The translations under genes were made by a program, and so were the position numbers. Below are positions 52,767-64,000 of a DNA stretch of 64,000 nucleotides, piece after piece. The notes beneath the pieces are model-generated. The model had not been told where the DNA came from. It saw only the letters and a program-made list of their open reading frames with translations, and searched no databases. Numbering within the stretch: the first letter of the stretch is position 1; the number at the start of each line of letters is the position of its first letter. Origin of the DNA: Marsupella aquatica (lineage: Eukaryota > Plantae > Marchantiophyta); contig OZ316893.1 in assembly GCA_973895155.1 (NCBI GenBank), forward strand, positions 3,640,490 through 3,704,489. The letters run 5' to 3'.

Positions 52767-54436
52767 TTATTTTCCAGTAGTTACCTCACTAACATCCACA
52801 TCTGAAGACTCATCATCCACTCCATCCAATGAGGTAGAGTCCACAGATCCACTGTATGCTGGCACCCAACAAAGAAAGGCAGATGCATGCCATCCTGGCA
52901 CCATCTCCTTATCTGACTCATCATGCCATCTGGCTCCAGTCTCATCTTGCTGACTGGTACATGGATTGCGGCTTAATCCATCTGCATCCAAGTTCACTTT
53001 TCCAGGCCTATGCACCACTTGGAAATCATACTCCTGTAACAACAATGCCCATCATGCAAGCTTCCCTGTAAGCTTGTCAGACTCCATTAACCACTTAAGA
53101 GGCTGATGATCAGTGATCAAGGTGAAGGGGTTACCAAACAAGTAGCAACGAAAGTGTGCAACAGCCCACACTTTCCCTCATAAGAGCTATACTTAGCCTC
53201 TGCTGAATTGTTTGATCTACTGGCATAAGCCACAACAAACTCATTCCCCTCATCGTCCTTCTGAGTCGGCACTGCTCCAAGTCCTACTCCACTCCAATCA
53301 GTGTGTAGCTGAAATGGTCTGCCTGAAATGGGTCTTCTCAAAATAGGGGATGATGCCAACCTTTGCTTCAACTCCTGAAAGGCATGCTCCTGGTCATCAC
53401 CCCAAATCCATTCCTGATCCAACTTAGTGAGTATGGTCAAAGGGTTAGCAAGCTGGCTAAATCCTTTAACATACCTCCTGTAGTAGCTTGCCAATCCCAA
53501 GAATGCACGAACTCTACTCACATCAGTAGGATAAGGAATCTGTGTAATGGCCTCCACTTTAGTCTGCTGTACACCCAATCCCCCTGGGTATATAGTGTGG
53601 CCCAAATACTCAATCTGGTCTTGGAAGAACTTACACTTGCTAGGATGGAGCTTCAACCCATGTGCTCTCAATCTCTCCAACACAGTCTGCAAGTGCTACT
53701 GATGTTCTTCCACAGTAGAAGAATAAACCAAAATATCATCAATATAACATCTGACAAAATCCAAACCTGCAAGGATTCGATCCATGACTCTCTGGAACTC
53801 AGCTGGTGCATTCTTCAACCCAAATGGTAAGAATAACCACTGATACAAACGATCTTTGCCATAAGAATCAATCCCCCAGAATGCTGTCTTGGACCTGTCA
53901 GCATGCCTAATTGGAACCTGATGGTACCCTGCCCTCAGATCCAATGAACTGAAAACCTTTGCATGCCCCACAACATCAAAGATCTCTTCAGGTGTGGGCA
54001 TGGCATATCTATCAGATTTTGTTTGGCGATTAATGGGTCTGTAATCACCACACATGCGCCTATCTGTGTAATTGCCATGCACATCCTTCTTGGCTGGCAT
54101 CACTATGGCAGATGCATACTCCCCATATGAAATCTCCACCAATCCAACCTCCAACAAATCTTGAGTTCTGCTTTGAATCAGAGCTCTCTCCATGTCACTG
54201 TAACGGTATGGCCTACGAAAGATTGGCGCATCACTAGCCAATTCAATCTGAATACCAGGACCCTTTAATGTCCCCAAATCTTTCATGCTAAATGCTAAAC
54301 AATTCTAGTAACTCTTCAGGAATTGATGCATGCGACGTCTCTCCTCCCCTGTCAACTTAGGGCCAAGCTGTGGTTCCCAACTCTCCACCAAATCCCTAAT
54401 ATCTCTTTGTAGGGTAGAAGAGATAGCCGATGATTG
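52767..54436 (-). pseudogene. Retrotransposon reverse transcriptase and RNase H; disrupted
   Basis: RMCGDYRPIN, LDLRAGYHQV, LPFGLKNAPAEFQR and YIDD; RNase H motifs LHTDWS, VAYASR, YSSYE and ADGLSR. In-frame stop at 53696-53698. Confidence 0.92.
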
Positions 54437-54639
54437 CTATTTAGCAGTAGATTGAGTAGTCCCTTCCTGCTCAACAATCTGTCTAGTCTTGGCCAATCCT
54501 GCCATAGGTCCATGGACTGTCTGCTCGCCCCCAGCTGTGGTCAATACTGTCTCAGTGGACCGCAAGCTCACCAAGGGACAATTAGTAATTCCAGCAGAGC
54601 GCATCCGCAACTGTTCAGCTACTCCCAAGCTGATAATCC

Positions 54640-55600
54640 AAGTCAAACAATTCAGGTCCATTGCTTGACCAAGGACCTGGCGCCGCAAACCCTCTGACAC
54701 AGAGGCAACTGCAGTGGTGCCAGTCAAAATCCCATAGCACGCTCTCTCTCATCAGCAGAAGGCTCCACTAACTGCTGGAGAGCTGTATCCCACACAAGTC
54801 CAGGGCCACCTGCTCTGAATGCATATGAAGTAGAGTGGCTTACAAGAGTGGGTAATGCACAACGTGGGCGCCCAACTGCATTGACCATTGCCAATGGAGG
54901 TCTATTAGGTTGGGTCACACCCTGTGCCCGACGCCCTGGATCCAAAATATCATCCACCACTAAGGCTGGTGAGCGTGGAATGCTGTCAAATGCGCGCTTC
55001 AGCACCTCACATGGGATCAAATTAGATCAAATTAGTCCACCACAAGCGTGGACGATGTGCACGAGAACCCACATGTGCAGCATCCAATAACACAGCAGGT
55101 CCAATCCAAGACCTCACCTGGTGAACATTGGCAACAATCCGACTACGATCATCACCTAACAATGGCACATTCTCCAAAATGTATGTTGGAGACTGTGTTT
55201 GATGTAGCTGGAGATGACGCAGCACCCGTAACATCTCCCAAAACAATGCAGAGCGTGGATCATGAAGTCCATGCCCAATGCCAGCTCTAGATTGGCCCTG
55301 ACATGGCCAACCAGCAATCACCAAATCAATGGGGCCAACACGATGTAGATGATCCGCCCCCAACAAGGAAATATCAGCAGGTAGTGCATGTTGATAACCA
55401 CGAACAGCATCCACTGGCAGCAACTGTGGATATCTATCCACCAACATAGCCACATGTCGCAATGAGACTCTCCGTGCTGTCTCATCTGTCTCCACATACA
55501 AATAACAACGCACAGGAATTCCTGCCTGAAGAACAACAGCCAATCCAGTGCTAATCCCACCAAAAAGATCCAACAAACAAATACCCTCCGGTGGATATTG
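54640..55600 (-). pseudogene. C5 cytosine DNA methyltransferase domain within pol; two frameshifts
   Basis: Motif I LDLFGGIS, II YVETD, III ADI, IV IAGWPCQG, VI ILENV, VIII HRPRLWW, TRD PTL, IX SADERERAMGF, X RQVLGQAM. Confidence 0.88.
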
Positions 55601-55783
55601 CCAAGCAATAGGAGTGGTATCCAACGGTGAAAGAGTCACAGGTCCATCTGCAAGAGACTGCTCTGCTCCTGACTGTGGTGTAAAAGCATGACGCCATGCA
55701 TCATGTACCAATCGTGCTACTGCTTGTGGCAAGGTCTATGTAGTGCCCCACACTGGTGGCACAACACTGCCAACAGGTAATCC

Positions 55784-56488
55784 TCACATGATGTGCTCCT
55801 CATGAGATTCCTCCAATGGTGGAACATCGGCTGCATGCGCATTACCCTCAATCAAATCATCAGGTCCAGCAATTACACCACTAAATGCTGCCAAAGACAA
55901 TGGTGTGGATTTAGGGCCTCCCACAGGTCCACTAAATCTCACTAGCAATTTGCTCAATCGAGCATCTCCTGACTGCCAATCAGGTCCATATGACACTGAT
56001 TCCTCCCAAAAATCAAGAATAAATCCCATCCATGGGTAGAGCACTGTACATCCCACCAACACATCATATGACTTTGCCTTAGTCAGAATAGCTCGCGCTT
56101 GTATCTGTGAGCTATCTGTGGTATGACCTTCCTGAATCCTCAAATCAAGTGGTCTCCTGGTGATATGCTGTGTAGGTGTAGGTCCCCCCAATGAAGTCTG
56201 AATGGGAAAGGGACAATCCTCCAAATCCTCTAGATGCAATCCCAATCCACGTATGGCAGACTTCCCCAACATCAAGGGCTGAGCACTAGTATCAAGTAAC
56301 ACTCTCTCTGGCTGGTATACTACTCCAGAAGGCCCAACTAATCGGAAGATACCACTTCGATTATCCAATGACACAACACTAGGTTTAAACCTAGTCCTCT
56401 CAAATGCAGGGCGTGCTGGTAAATCCACCAACCTCGCTGCTGCTGCATGCCATGTCTCACTAGTAGCAGTACGTGCTATGGTCTTCAC
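55784..56488 (-). pseudogene. Retrotransposon aspartic protease region
   Basis: VLLDTSA (D-T-G-like active-site motif) and a downstream DVLVG motif; located between gag and the MTase. Confidence 0.7.
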
Positions 56489-56541
56489 TGCTTCAACACT
56501 GCAAGCTACTTCTGCATGGGAAGCAACAACTGGAGTGTCCT

Positions 56542-56837
56542 CTCGGGGGTCTCACTATATGGGGACCTCCCCATCGCCTGTGACGTTTTTAGGCCTCGGA
56601 CCCCCTAAAATGTAAGAATTTTTTTTATTTTTTAACCCTTATAAAGTTGGAATATTCTTGGAATATTCCAAAAATTGGATTAAAAAGACCCTAATGTTCT
56701 TATAAGTCTCAAAATTGAATTTAAAAGACCATATTGTTCTTCTACAAAAATTCTTAAGTCTTCCCTTAGAACCAATAAAATGACCCTATCCTTCGTCGCA
56801 CGTGATATGCCACTTTTGTGGAAGTGAAACCCCCGAG
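56542..56837. mobile_element. 296-bp MITE inserted in the retrotransposon gag-pol
   Basis: TIR ctcgggggtctcac/gtgaaacccccgag; perfect 8-bp TSD agtgtcct (56534-56541, 56838-56845). Same family as 14396-14685. Confidence 0.88.
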
Positions 56838-56873
56838 AGTGTCCTCACAGAGTGTAGCTACCAATCTGAACAC

Positions 56874-58624
56874 TTATGCAGGACCAACTCCCAAGTTCAG
56901 CATGTCTGTCGCTGAAAATAATGGGGTGCATACTATGGCAGTAGCCACCCCCAGTAGGGTACCTGTCATCCCTACTGTATCACTACCGGATTCTGCCAAC
57001 TTACCCACGCCAGGGTTTATCCGAACCGGGTTCATAGAGGCAGTCTGAACTGTCTTTGACAATGTAAAAAACTGAGGAAGCTTTGTCTGCCGATGTGCAT
57101 CCCCCCTCTGTGGATCTACCTCCACTACTGATCCTCGGGGCTCAAGAGCTTTGGCTGCCCCACGTGTCAAAGCTACTGATGCATCAATATGTGCAGTGCC
57201 ACACATGAATCCCATGGTGGCAAGATCTCCATCAGCTCCATAAGATGTGGAAGGACCATGGGATGTGGAAGGTCCATAGGATGTAGATGCCCCATCACCC
57301 GAAGTAGGTCTCACTTGGGAACTAGCCATGGCAGCTAGTTGTTGCTCCAATTGAGCAATTTTAGCATCCTTTGGATCTATGGTTACAGCAGGGGCAGCGT
57401 CACCTCCCTGTCTCCCTGCATGTGGCATGCCACGACCACGTCCACCACCTCTACCTCCTCCTCCTCTTCCCTGATCATGTGTACGGGATCCTCCCCTCCG
57501 TAACTCAGGGTGGAGTGAGAAACACCTATCCTTGGTGTGTCCAGGAGCTCCACAATGATCACACTATCGCTGATCAGGTGCTGATGCTCCCCCTGATCCT
57601 CTATGATCTGGGAAATATCTCTGTGCATGATCCCCATCACAGGTCCAACATCCTGACTGCTGTCTAGCATAAGAGGGCACAGGTCTCTGGCTGGTAGACT
57701 CTCGTGCAATAGGCTTCTTCCTCTGGCTCTTCTGTGCAGTAGGTTGTGGTGTAGATGTAGATGCAGCCTTTGGTGCTTCCTTGGCAAATCCGGAAGTCAT
57801 CACCTTCTCATTCACCATATTGAGCTCAAATTCTCTGTCCAGAATTGCATACCGAAACTGGACTGCTTGAGCCTCTGTCACTCCCTTGGTGACAGTGATC
57901 AATCTGCGCATACGAGTGTATGCCTCACGTAGACTCTCTCCAATCTTGCGCTGGAACTCCTGGAGACCCTTCAACTTATCAGTTCTCACACCCTGATAGT
58001 TCTGCTTCAGTACCTCAAAGAATTCCACCACAGGATTAAATGTTGGCGCAACTCCAGTTCCTGTCACAATCACACCGGCAGGAGTAGCGGTGGATGCTGC
58101 TGGAGTGCTGCTGGTGGATGGTGTGCCACTCTGGCTAGTGTTGCTAGAAGAGGCAGCAGCTGTGGCAATGGGTTGGGCAACTGCACTAGTGCCATAGGTG
58201 ATGGACACGTAATTAGGTGACCAATGCTGCCTCCATGCCTCAATCTCAACCAAATGAGCCTTCCGAAACTCATGGTAGTCATCCATGGGTGGCCCCTCCA
58301 ATTGCTGAAATAATCCCTTCCATGCCATGAAAGGGGTAAACAACGTGGCGTTACGCAATGTCTGCATATCGCACCACGTATCAAACTCCTGGATGAAGTC
58401 ATCCAGATCAATTGTGCCAACTGCACCAAAGTATCATCATGGGCCCTTTGTAGCCCCGTACATCTCGTCCATATCCCACAACAAAGGTGCAACCACCTGA
58501 TGACGAGGAGAACTGGTCACTGAGTCCTCGTCGGAATCACTGTCAAAAGCTGCACTGCTGACTGCTACCAATACCGCTGGCCGAAACTACGCCCCACTCT
58601 GAGTGAAACCGGTCTGTCGTCCAT
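56874..58624 (-). pseudogene. Retrotransposon gag with CCHC zinc knuckle(s); disrupted
   Basis: DLDDFIQEFDTWC and QRKIGESLREAYTR (capsid-like). A degenerate knuckle CWTCDGDH and an intact CDHCGAPGHTKDRC are followed by an RGG-rich tract. The start position is approximate. Confidence 0.75.
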
Positions 58625-60155
58625 CGGGTAACCCAGCAGCACCAGAAGAATCCGTGGTGACCAACCTAACCTAATCTATATGTTAACCCTAAGGGCAACC
58701 TGTCCCTGTCAGCAACACAAGCACTCACCATGGTGTGTTGGGCATCACTCCAACATCACCAGGAGAGAAATACGTAGCACAACTAGAATATCCGGTCGCA
58801 AACCCGGATCACTCCTATAGAATCAAGTGCCCACGCCAAACCAACATGGCGCATAAACAGGAAGCATGTGTGGAGAGGATCCAACAACAAGAAGAGGATT
58901 TACCACAACTCTCCACACCAATCAATCAAAAATACATGAAAATAATGTGCATATAGTTCAATGTAGGGCCTTCATAATAGGCCTCAAGAATCCCGCGTCA
59001 AATGTTCAAGAATCCATCGCAAACTAGCTAAAACAGAGTATCTAGATGAATTCAAAAGTGCATAAAACCCCTAGGGCCTCATTTCTTGGACACCAAGTGT
59101 GGAAGGAAGCATGTACAATGCACCACATAGGAACTTGCTAGTTAAGCGCATGAGGGGAGGATTAGCTTTGGGATGGGTGACCTCTCACTTGTCATTATGC
59201 ACCAAATCTGCCACTCCAAAATGGCAGCACTTGCAATTCTCCTCACGTACTGGCTTGCTGGCCCGCCCGCTCTTGCTCCGCCCTCACGCCCCTCATCCCG
59301 AGTAACCATGAGTTGTCTCGAAGCCTTGAAACGCCGAGATGAGCCAAAGAGTGAGCCCTTCACGCCCACTACGCCGGAACCAAGTCCAGATTTCGCACCA
59401 TTCGGACTTCTGGCCCCTGTTTCCCTTCGCAGAACTGCACGGTAGCGGCGTACACTCCGTCGCAACAGCAATCCGCGGATGCTGCCACCGCATTGACGTA
59501 CTGTCTCACAAAAATGCAGATCGTCGGTTGAAATCTCACAACATTTGGGTCTCAATCCCTCAGTTTCCTTCAAAGAAACACGTTGCAAAATGCAGCTCGA
59601 CTTCGCGTCAACCAACACTTAACCGAGCGCAAAATCAGCAACATATGCAGCTGCCGGCAGTCGCTTTCTTCACACCAAACTTGGTCCGCACAGATCAGCA
59701 TACGGAAGAACTAGACAACAATACGGCCGCGCCTCGCAGATTTGCATACGGACAAACTAGATAGCAATATGGCCGCGCACTTCGCAAATCTGCAACCGAT
59801 GACACCATCAGAATGTTGTTTCCTTCACAAAAACAGCCACCGCTTCACAGGATAGAACACTGCCGCACCCGATCTGCTTGTAGCCAACCGATACAACTCA
59901 AACAATTCGATCTGCAACCAAGATCTGCACACTGTCGACAGATTTGTGCATACAGGCTACAGATCTGCCAAACCTCCAACTCCAGATCCGCTCAAGAATC
60001 AAACTCACAGGATCTCAACTTGGATCCACATGCCGGCGATCCAATCAAACGATACGCTGCACGATCCGAGATACCACGAACCGTCGCCGAACACAATCAA
60101 ACTGAAAATCGAAGCTCTGTCCAACAACAGCAGAGTCCGATGCCTGATCTTTCAA

Positions 60156-60485
60156 TGTAATCTCCATACAATCGGCACAACGATCCCGGTCAACAATACC
60201 CCATCGATCCCGCACCGATCCGATCACACACGTATGTCAACCCAATGCACCTTGCACTACTCAAAGAATCCACGTTACACAAGCGGAGCTCACAGCCACC
60301 ATAGCCACTCAAGCTCCTCTCTCTCCAAGGCTCAACATTGAAAGATGACCTTTCAATGCCTCACAAGTGAGAAGTACCCTCTCACACAAACCTGACGGAA
60401 CCTTATTGACTCCAATAGCACTCATACCAAACGTACATACTCTAATAGCACGATATACTACTACACTACTCAGAATGGTGTGACA
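60156..60485 (-). repeat. 5' terminal repeat (B) of the retrotransposon
   Basis: Matches 50690-51017 with about 9 substitutions in 328 bp (counted by eye). Reads TGTCA...TTACA on the minus strand. Confidence 0.9.
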
Positions 60486-63095
60486 CCAGCAAGACCATTC
60501 TCTTCCATTAATAATGGATTTTCAGAGGCTTTCAAGATGGTCGGGGGGGGGGGGGGTTATTTCTTAGTTTGCCTCTTAGTGGAGTTTTTGTTGTTGTGAG
60601 GCACTCACTGGTTTGTTGGGCCTTGAGTTGGGCCTTTGTGGTCTCCTCGGGGTCTTTCCTTCCCCCCCTCCCTTTATTGGGTCTTTTAATTTTGCCTTTG
60701 GGACCATGTCTCCCCATTTGGCTTTCCTGTCTTCTTGGCAGTGTTATATATAGGCTAACTGCCTGTCCCATATATCAAAATCTGCTTGGATAGCACTTTT
60801 TCCAATTTTGACTCATATGTGACCTATAAACAAGCTCCTGACCGTTTGCAGCTGGTATTCCACTAATATACAAGGTGGTAAGTCGCAGCTCAAGCAAGCT
60901 ACTCAGAGTGTCCTTCCCAAAAGTGAAGCGCCCTTTCCCCAAGGTGGTAAGTTGGTGCTCTTGCCTAAGTACTGAGGGCGTTCTTCACAAATGTGAAGCG
61001 TCCATTGGCCATTACTTTATAATGTTCGACCATCTTTGCACTCATTGGCAATGGATCAAATGGTTTCAGAAAAAAATTAACTTTGTCAGACAATAGATTG
61101 GACATCAGAGAACATGTTGCAAACGTTTGAGCTGAAACAGAGATCAATAAATTGTCCAAATATATACACAAGTTTGCTGAAATCTAACATTTTACACTTG
61201 CAAAATCTACTGAGGGAGTCTTTCTCAAAAGTGAAGAGTCCTTTTACATATAGCCCGGCGGTGTGAATTGTGGGTATAAAGTGAAGCAGTGTGTGTCACA
61301 GGCTATGCTGGTGGGCAAAACACACCCCTCGTCCATCCAGGCTAAACTTTCCAAGAGAAGGTCTCACCTTTTGACCCCCCGAAAATGTATACATCTGCAA
61401 AAAAGGGGACCCACTCACAGATGGTTGGGTAATTGTTTTGACTAACCCCATGACCCGTTCCTTGAACATAAATAGATATATGAAAAAAATCTTGCAACAA
61501 TAAGTTTTTTATGCTATTATTTTTGGTTAGTCTTTGCCCCATCCTTGCTTTTTGTCCATACTCATTTCAGTTTTGTCCCTTTTAGAGTTAATGTCACTTT
61601 TGTATATACTCATTTAAAAATTTCACCTTATTGAACCCTCACTATCAGTATTGTCTTTATTTGGAGTTATGGTCTATAGGCTTTACTATAGATCTAGGCC
61701 CTTAAGAGTAGGCTTCAGTTGACGCTTTTATTGTAAGATTGAATTGATTGTGTCCCCAAAATCGTGTAAAGTGAAGTCTGACGGCCAAGACTACATCTCA
61801 CATGGAAACCCACATTTGACTGGCTAGGATTACATCTCAGTCATAGAAAAACAGGGAATTGCTACCGGGTGTAAAGCCACCCGTATCCCATGGACCGCGA
61901 ATTCAGACGCTACTGCACTTTTTTACTCGGCACGACACCGCGTTGTGTACTCCTCCCGTCTCCGCCATTCCATTGGGCCAGTCGGCTCAGACTGGCTCCG
62001 CCATTGACCTGGTTGGGAGAAGCTTTTCAAGCTCCAAGCAGTTGCGACCTTCCTCAGCTCCGCTGTCTCTGGGTCTCTCCTCTGCAGCCCACATGTCTTG
62101 ATAGTTGATACCCTACCAGGCTTTCACTCAATCACCCTGCCTCCCTGTTTCTTGTGGTTTGACTTCCAGTGTTCCATCAATCGGACTGTAAAATTGTCAG
62201 CTCAATTGTCTTTTGTGTTGGGTGCAGATTGAGTCATTGAGGATTTGAGCCTTTCGTGGGGTGCAGAGATTCTCATGCACCGACCCAAATGGGCCAAGGC
62301 AACAAGGAACCTGCTGCAGAAGTGAAGTGTAGCAAAGAAAGTAAACTACGTAGTATATTCTGGGAGGATATGATCATGCACAAAAATAGGAATCGGACTT
62401 CATTCGTGTCCAGCGGCCTTGGAAGAAGCGGATGGAGCCAGGTCAAAGGATAGGTTGCTCTGCAGGACTTCAATGGTGGCGGTGGGGAAAGGAAGCGCGT
62501 TATCCGCTGCTTCACCTGAAATCAGTGCAAGGTAAGTTAGTGCAAGTTGCCAATGCCGAAGTCAAGAACGGAGGAGCGCGAAAGGATTGCGACGAGCTGG
62601 TAATCCCTTGCGGCCGACCTTGTTGTGCGGCCGATTCTCCTTGAGTTGCGGAGATCGGCGAGAGAGTGCTCTCTGTCTGTCTCCCAGTTGCACTGTCACG
62701 GCAATAAAACTACTGTGCAGATTTCATTCGAGAACGAAGGGCCACAAAGGATTCGATTGATGGGAACAGTTCTGGTGGGAACTGGGAAGTGAGTGCGGAA
62801 CAACGGTGTGACAGGTAACAATTTCGAGGAGAACAGAGAGCGGCCGACCGACTCTTGATGAGATTGTTGAAAGTAGAGTGGATATTTCGGAGCTGGACTG
62901 GACTCGTACAGTATTGGAGGAGTAGCAGATTTTTGAAGGAGGAGACGGAGGTGGGAGCTCAAAGGCAACGAGGAGTTGGACACGGGAGGTAGCATCTGCG
63001 GTGATTTTTTAGGGAGACGCTGTGGGGTTTCTGTATAAAACGAGAAGGGTTGGTTTTAGCGAGTTTGTTGTCAATACAGTACTTGGAAGGACATC

Positions 63096-63821
63096 ATGGG
63101 GCAAACGGTGTCCTTGCCTGAGTGCGTCACTGGAGGATCCGTGGTCCGTGTGATGAAAACTGACGGAGAGTTTGTTCAATTCGATTTCCCATGCATTGCC
63201 GCTGAAGTAATGGTGCAGCACCCGGGGCACATAGTGGTGCATTGTTCTCAGGTGAATAAGAACAATCTTGGGCAGAGGACCAAGATAACCATCATACTCC
63301 CTGACAGGCCCCTCTTACCTGGCCAACCTTACATGCTCTATCCCATACCTGATCAATACAAGAAGAGCTTGGCAAGGTCAAAGTCGTTTTCTATGCTGAA
63401 GTCGAAGTTTGAATCGACCAATCTCCCTGCAGTGAGTCCCGCGGAGAAGAGGCAGGGCAGACGAAAGGCTTTGAAAATGATTTTCACAAGGTTGAACTTG
63501 GCCACTTATGTAGCTTCCAACATGAACGAAAGCAACGAGGTCGAGCATAGTGGCGCAATTCAACCTGACCGAAATTCTGCACAGGTGCAAGAAATTCAAG
63601 AAGAGAGTGAGGACACGGACCAGCTGACGGTGCAGTTACCGAATCCTGCTGACTTGAATTTTGCTTGGAGACCAATTTTGACCACAATTCCGGAGTCACC
63701 TCTTGGGTTCCATAGTCATCCGGAATCGCCCTTGGGGCTTTACAAGATGGACGGTGCCATTCCTCATTCACCTCTTTCTGTGGGTTCTCGTCCCTTGCCC
63801 CCTTTTGTCACTGCTTCATGA
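63096..63821 (+). CDS. DUF4228 (PADRE) domain protein, 241 aa, intronless
   Basis: MG start; VRVMKTDG...AAEVM..HPGH.V...L.PGQPY.LYP; C-terminal WRPILTTIPE, matching the family WRPxLxxIxE motif. Confidence 0.85.
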   Translation: MGQTVSLPECVTGGSVVRVMKTDGEFVQFDFPCIAAEVMVQHPGHIVVHCSQVNKNNLGQRTKITIILPDRPLLPGQPYMLYPIPDQYKKSLARSKSFSMLKSKFESTNLPAVSPAEKRQGRRKALKMIFTRLNLATYVASNMNESNEVEHSGAIQPDRNSAQVQEIQEESEDTDQLTVQLPNPADLNFAWRPILTTIPESPLGFHSHPESPLGLYKMDGAIPHSPLSVGSRPLPPFVTAS

Positions 63822-64000
63822 TTTGTTTCAAACATCTCGTTGCACCAGCGCAGGCACACGGGAAGTAACTGGGCCGAAATGTTCTTGTCAATTGTGTGGC
63901 GTCCTCTGCACTAGGACGCACCTTTGATGGGGACTACCCAGTCCTCAGTGCCCAGGGGGAGTGTACGGTGCGTAAATTATCGGGACCTTCAGCATTGAAG

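Larger units (their letters stand above)
50554..60485 (-). mobile_element. Ty3/Gypsy retrotransposon carrying a C5 DNA methyltransferase and a PHD finger, with split direct repeats; decayed copy
   Basis: TG...CA termini and a 4-bp TSD CCAG (50550-50553, 60486-60489). Domain order gag-PR-MTase-RT-RH-INT-PHD. Repeat A = 50554-50690 and 51020-51156; repeat B = 50690-51017 and 60158-60485. Confidence 0.92.

Noticed and set aside
50554-60485. Classification as DIRS/PAT/Ngaro because of the split repeats and MTase
   Set aside because: No tyrosine recombinase was seen. The element has a protease, an HHCC-DDE integrase, TG...CA ends and a TSD, and its MTase is C5-type.

Overview
Eukaryotic, intron-containing land-plant nuclear DNA; the long leaders and gene set suggest a bryophyte, but this is inference. 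Host genes from left to right: P/U-type cyclin (-, 2 exons); secreted tandem alpha/beta-hydrolase (+, 5 exons); (6-4) photolyase UVR3 (-, 14 exons); a small LEA-like 3-exon gene absent from the ORF track; a 146-aa orphan ORF; a 646-aa protein ending in a SAUR domain; and a DUF4228/PADRE gene. The most unusual object is a 9.9-kb Ty3/Gypsy retrotransposon (50554-60485, -, TSD CCAG). It carries a C5 DNA-methyltransferase domain between protease and RT and a PHD finger after the DDE integrase. Its repeats are split (B-coding-A-gc-B-A), as expected for a 2-LTR circle opened at an internal CA-gc-TG junction, and it has a self-complementary, non-tRNA primer-binding site. This copy has decayed (frameshifts, a MITE insertion). 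Intergenic DNA also holds a ~300-bp TRIM-like element with tRNA-like LTRs, several MITEs, a 2.25-kb non-autonomous TIR element and two long hairpins. All splice sites and repeat boundaries were read by eye.
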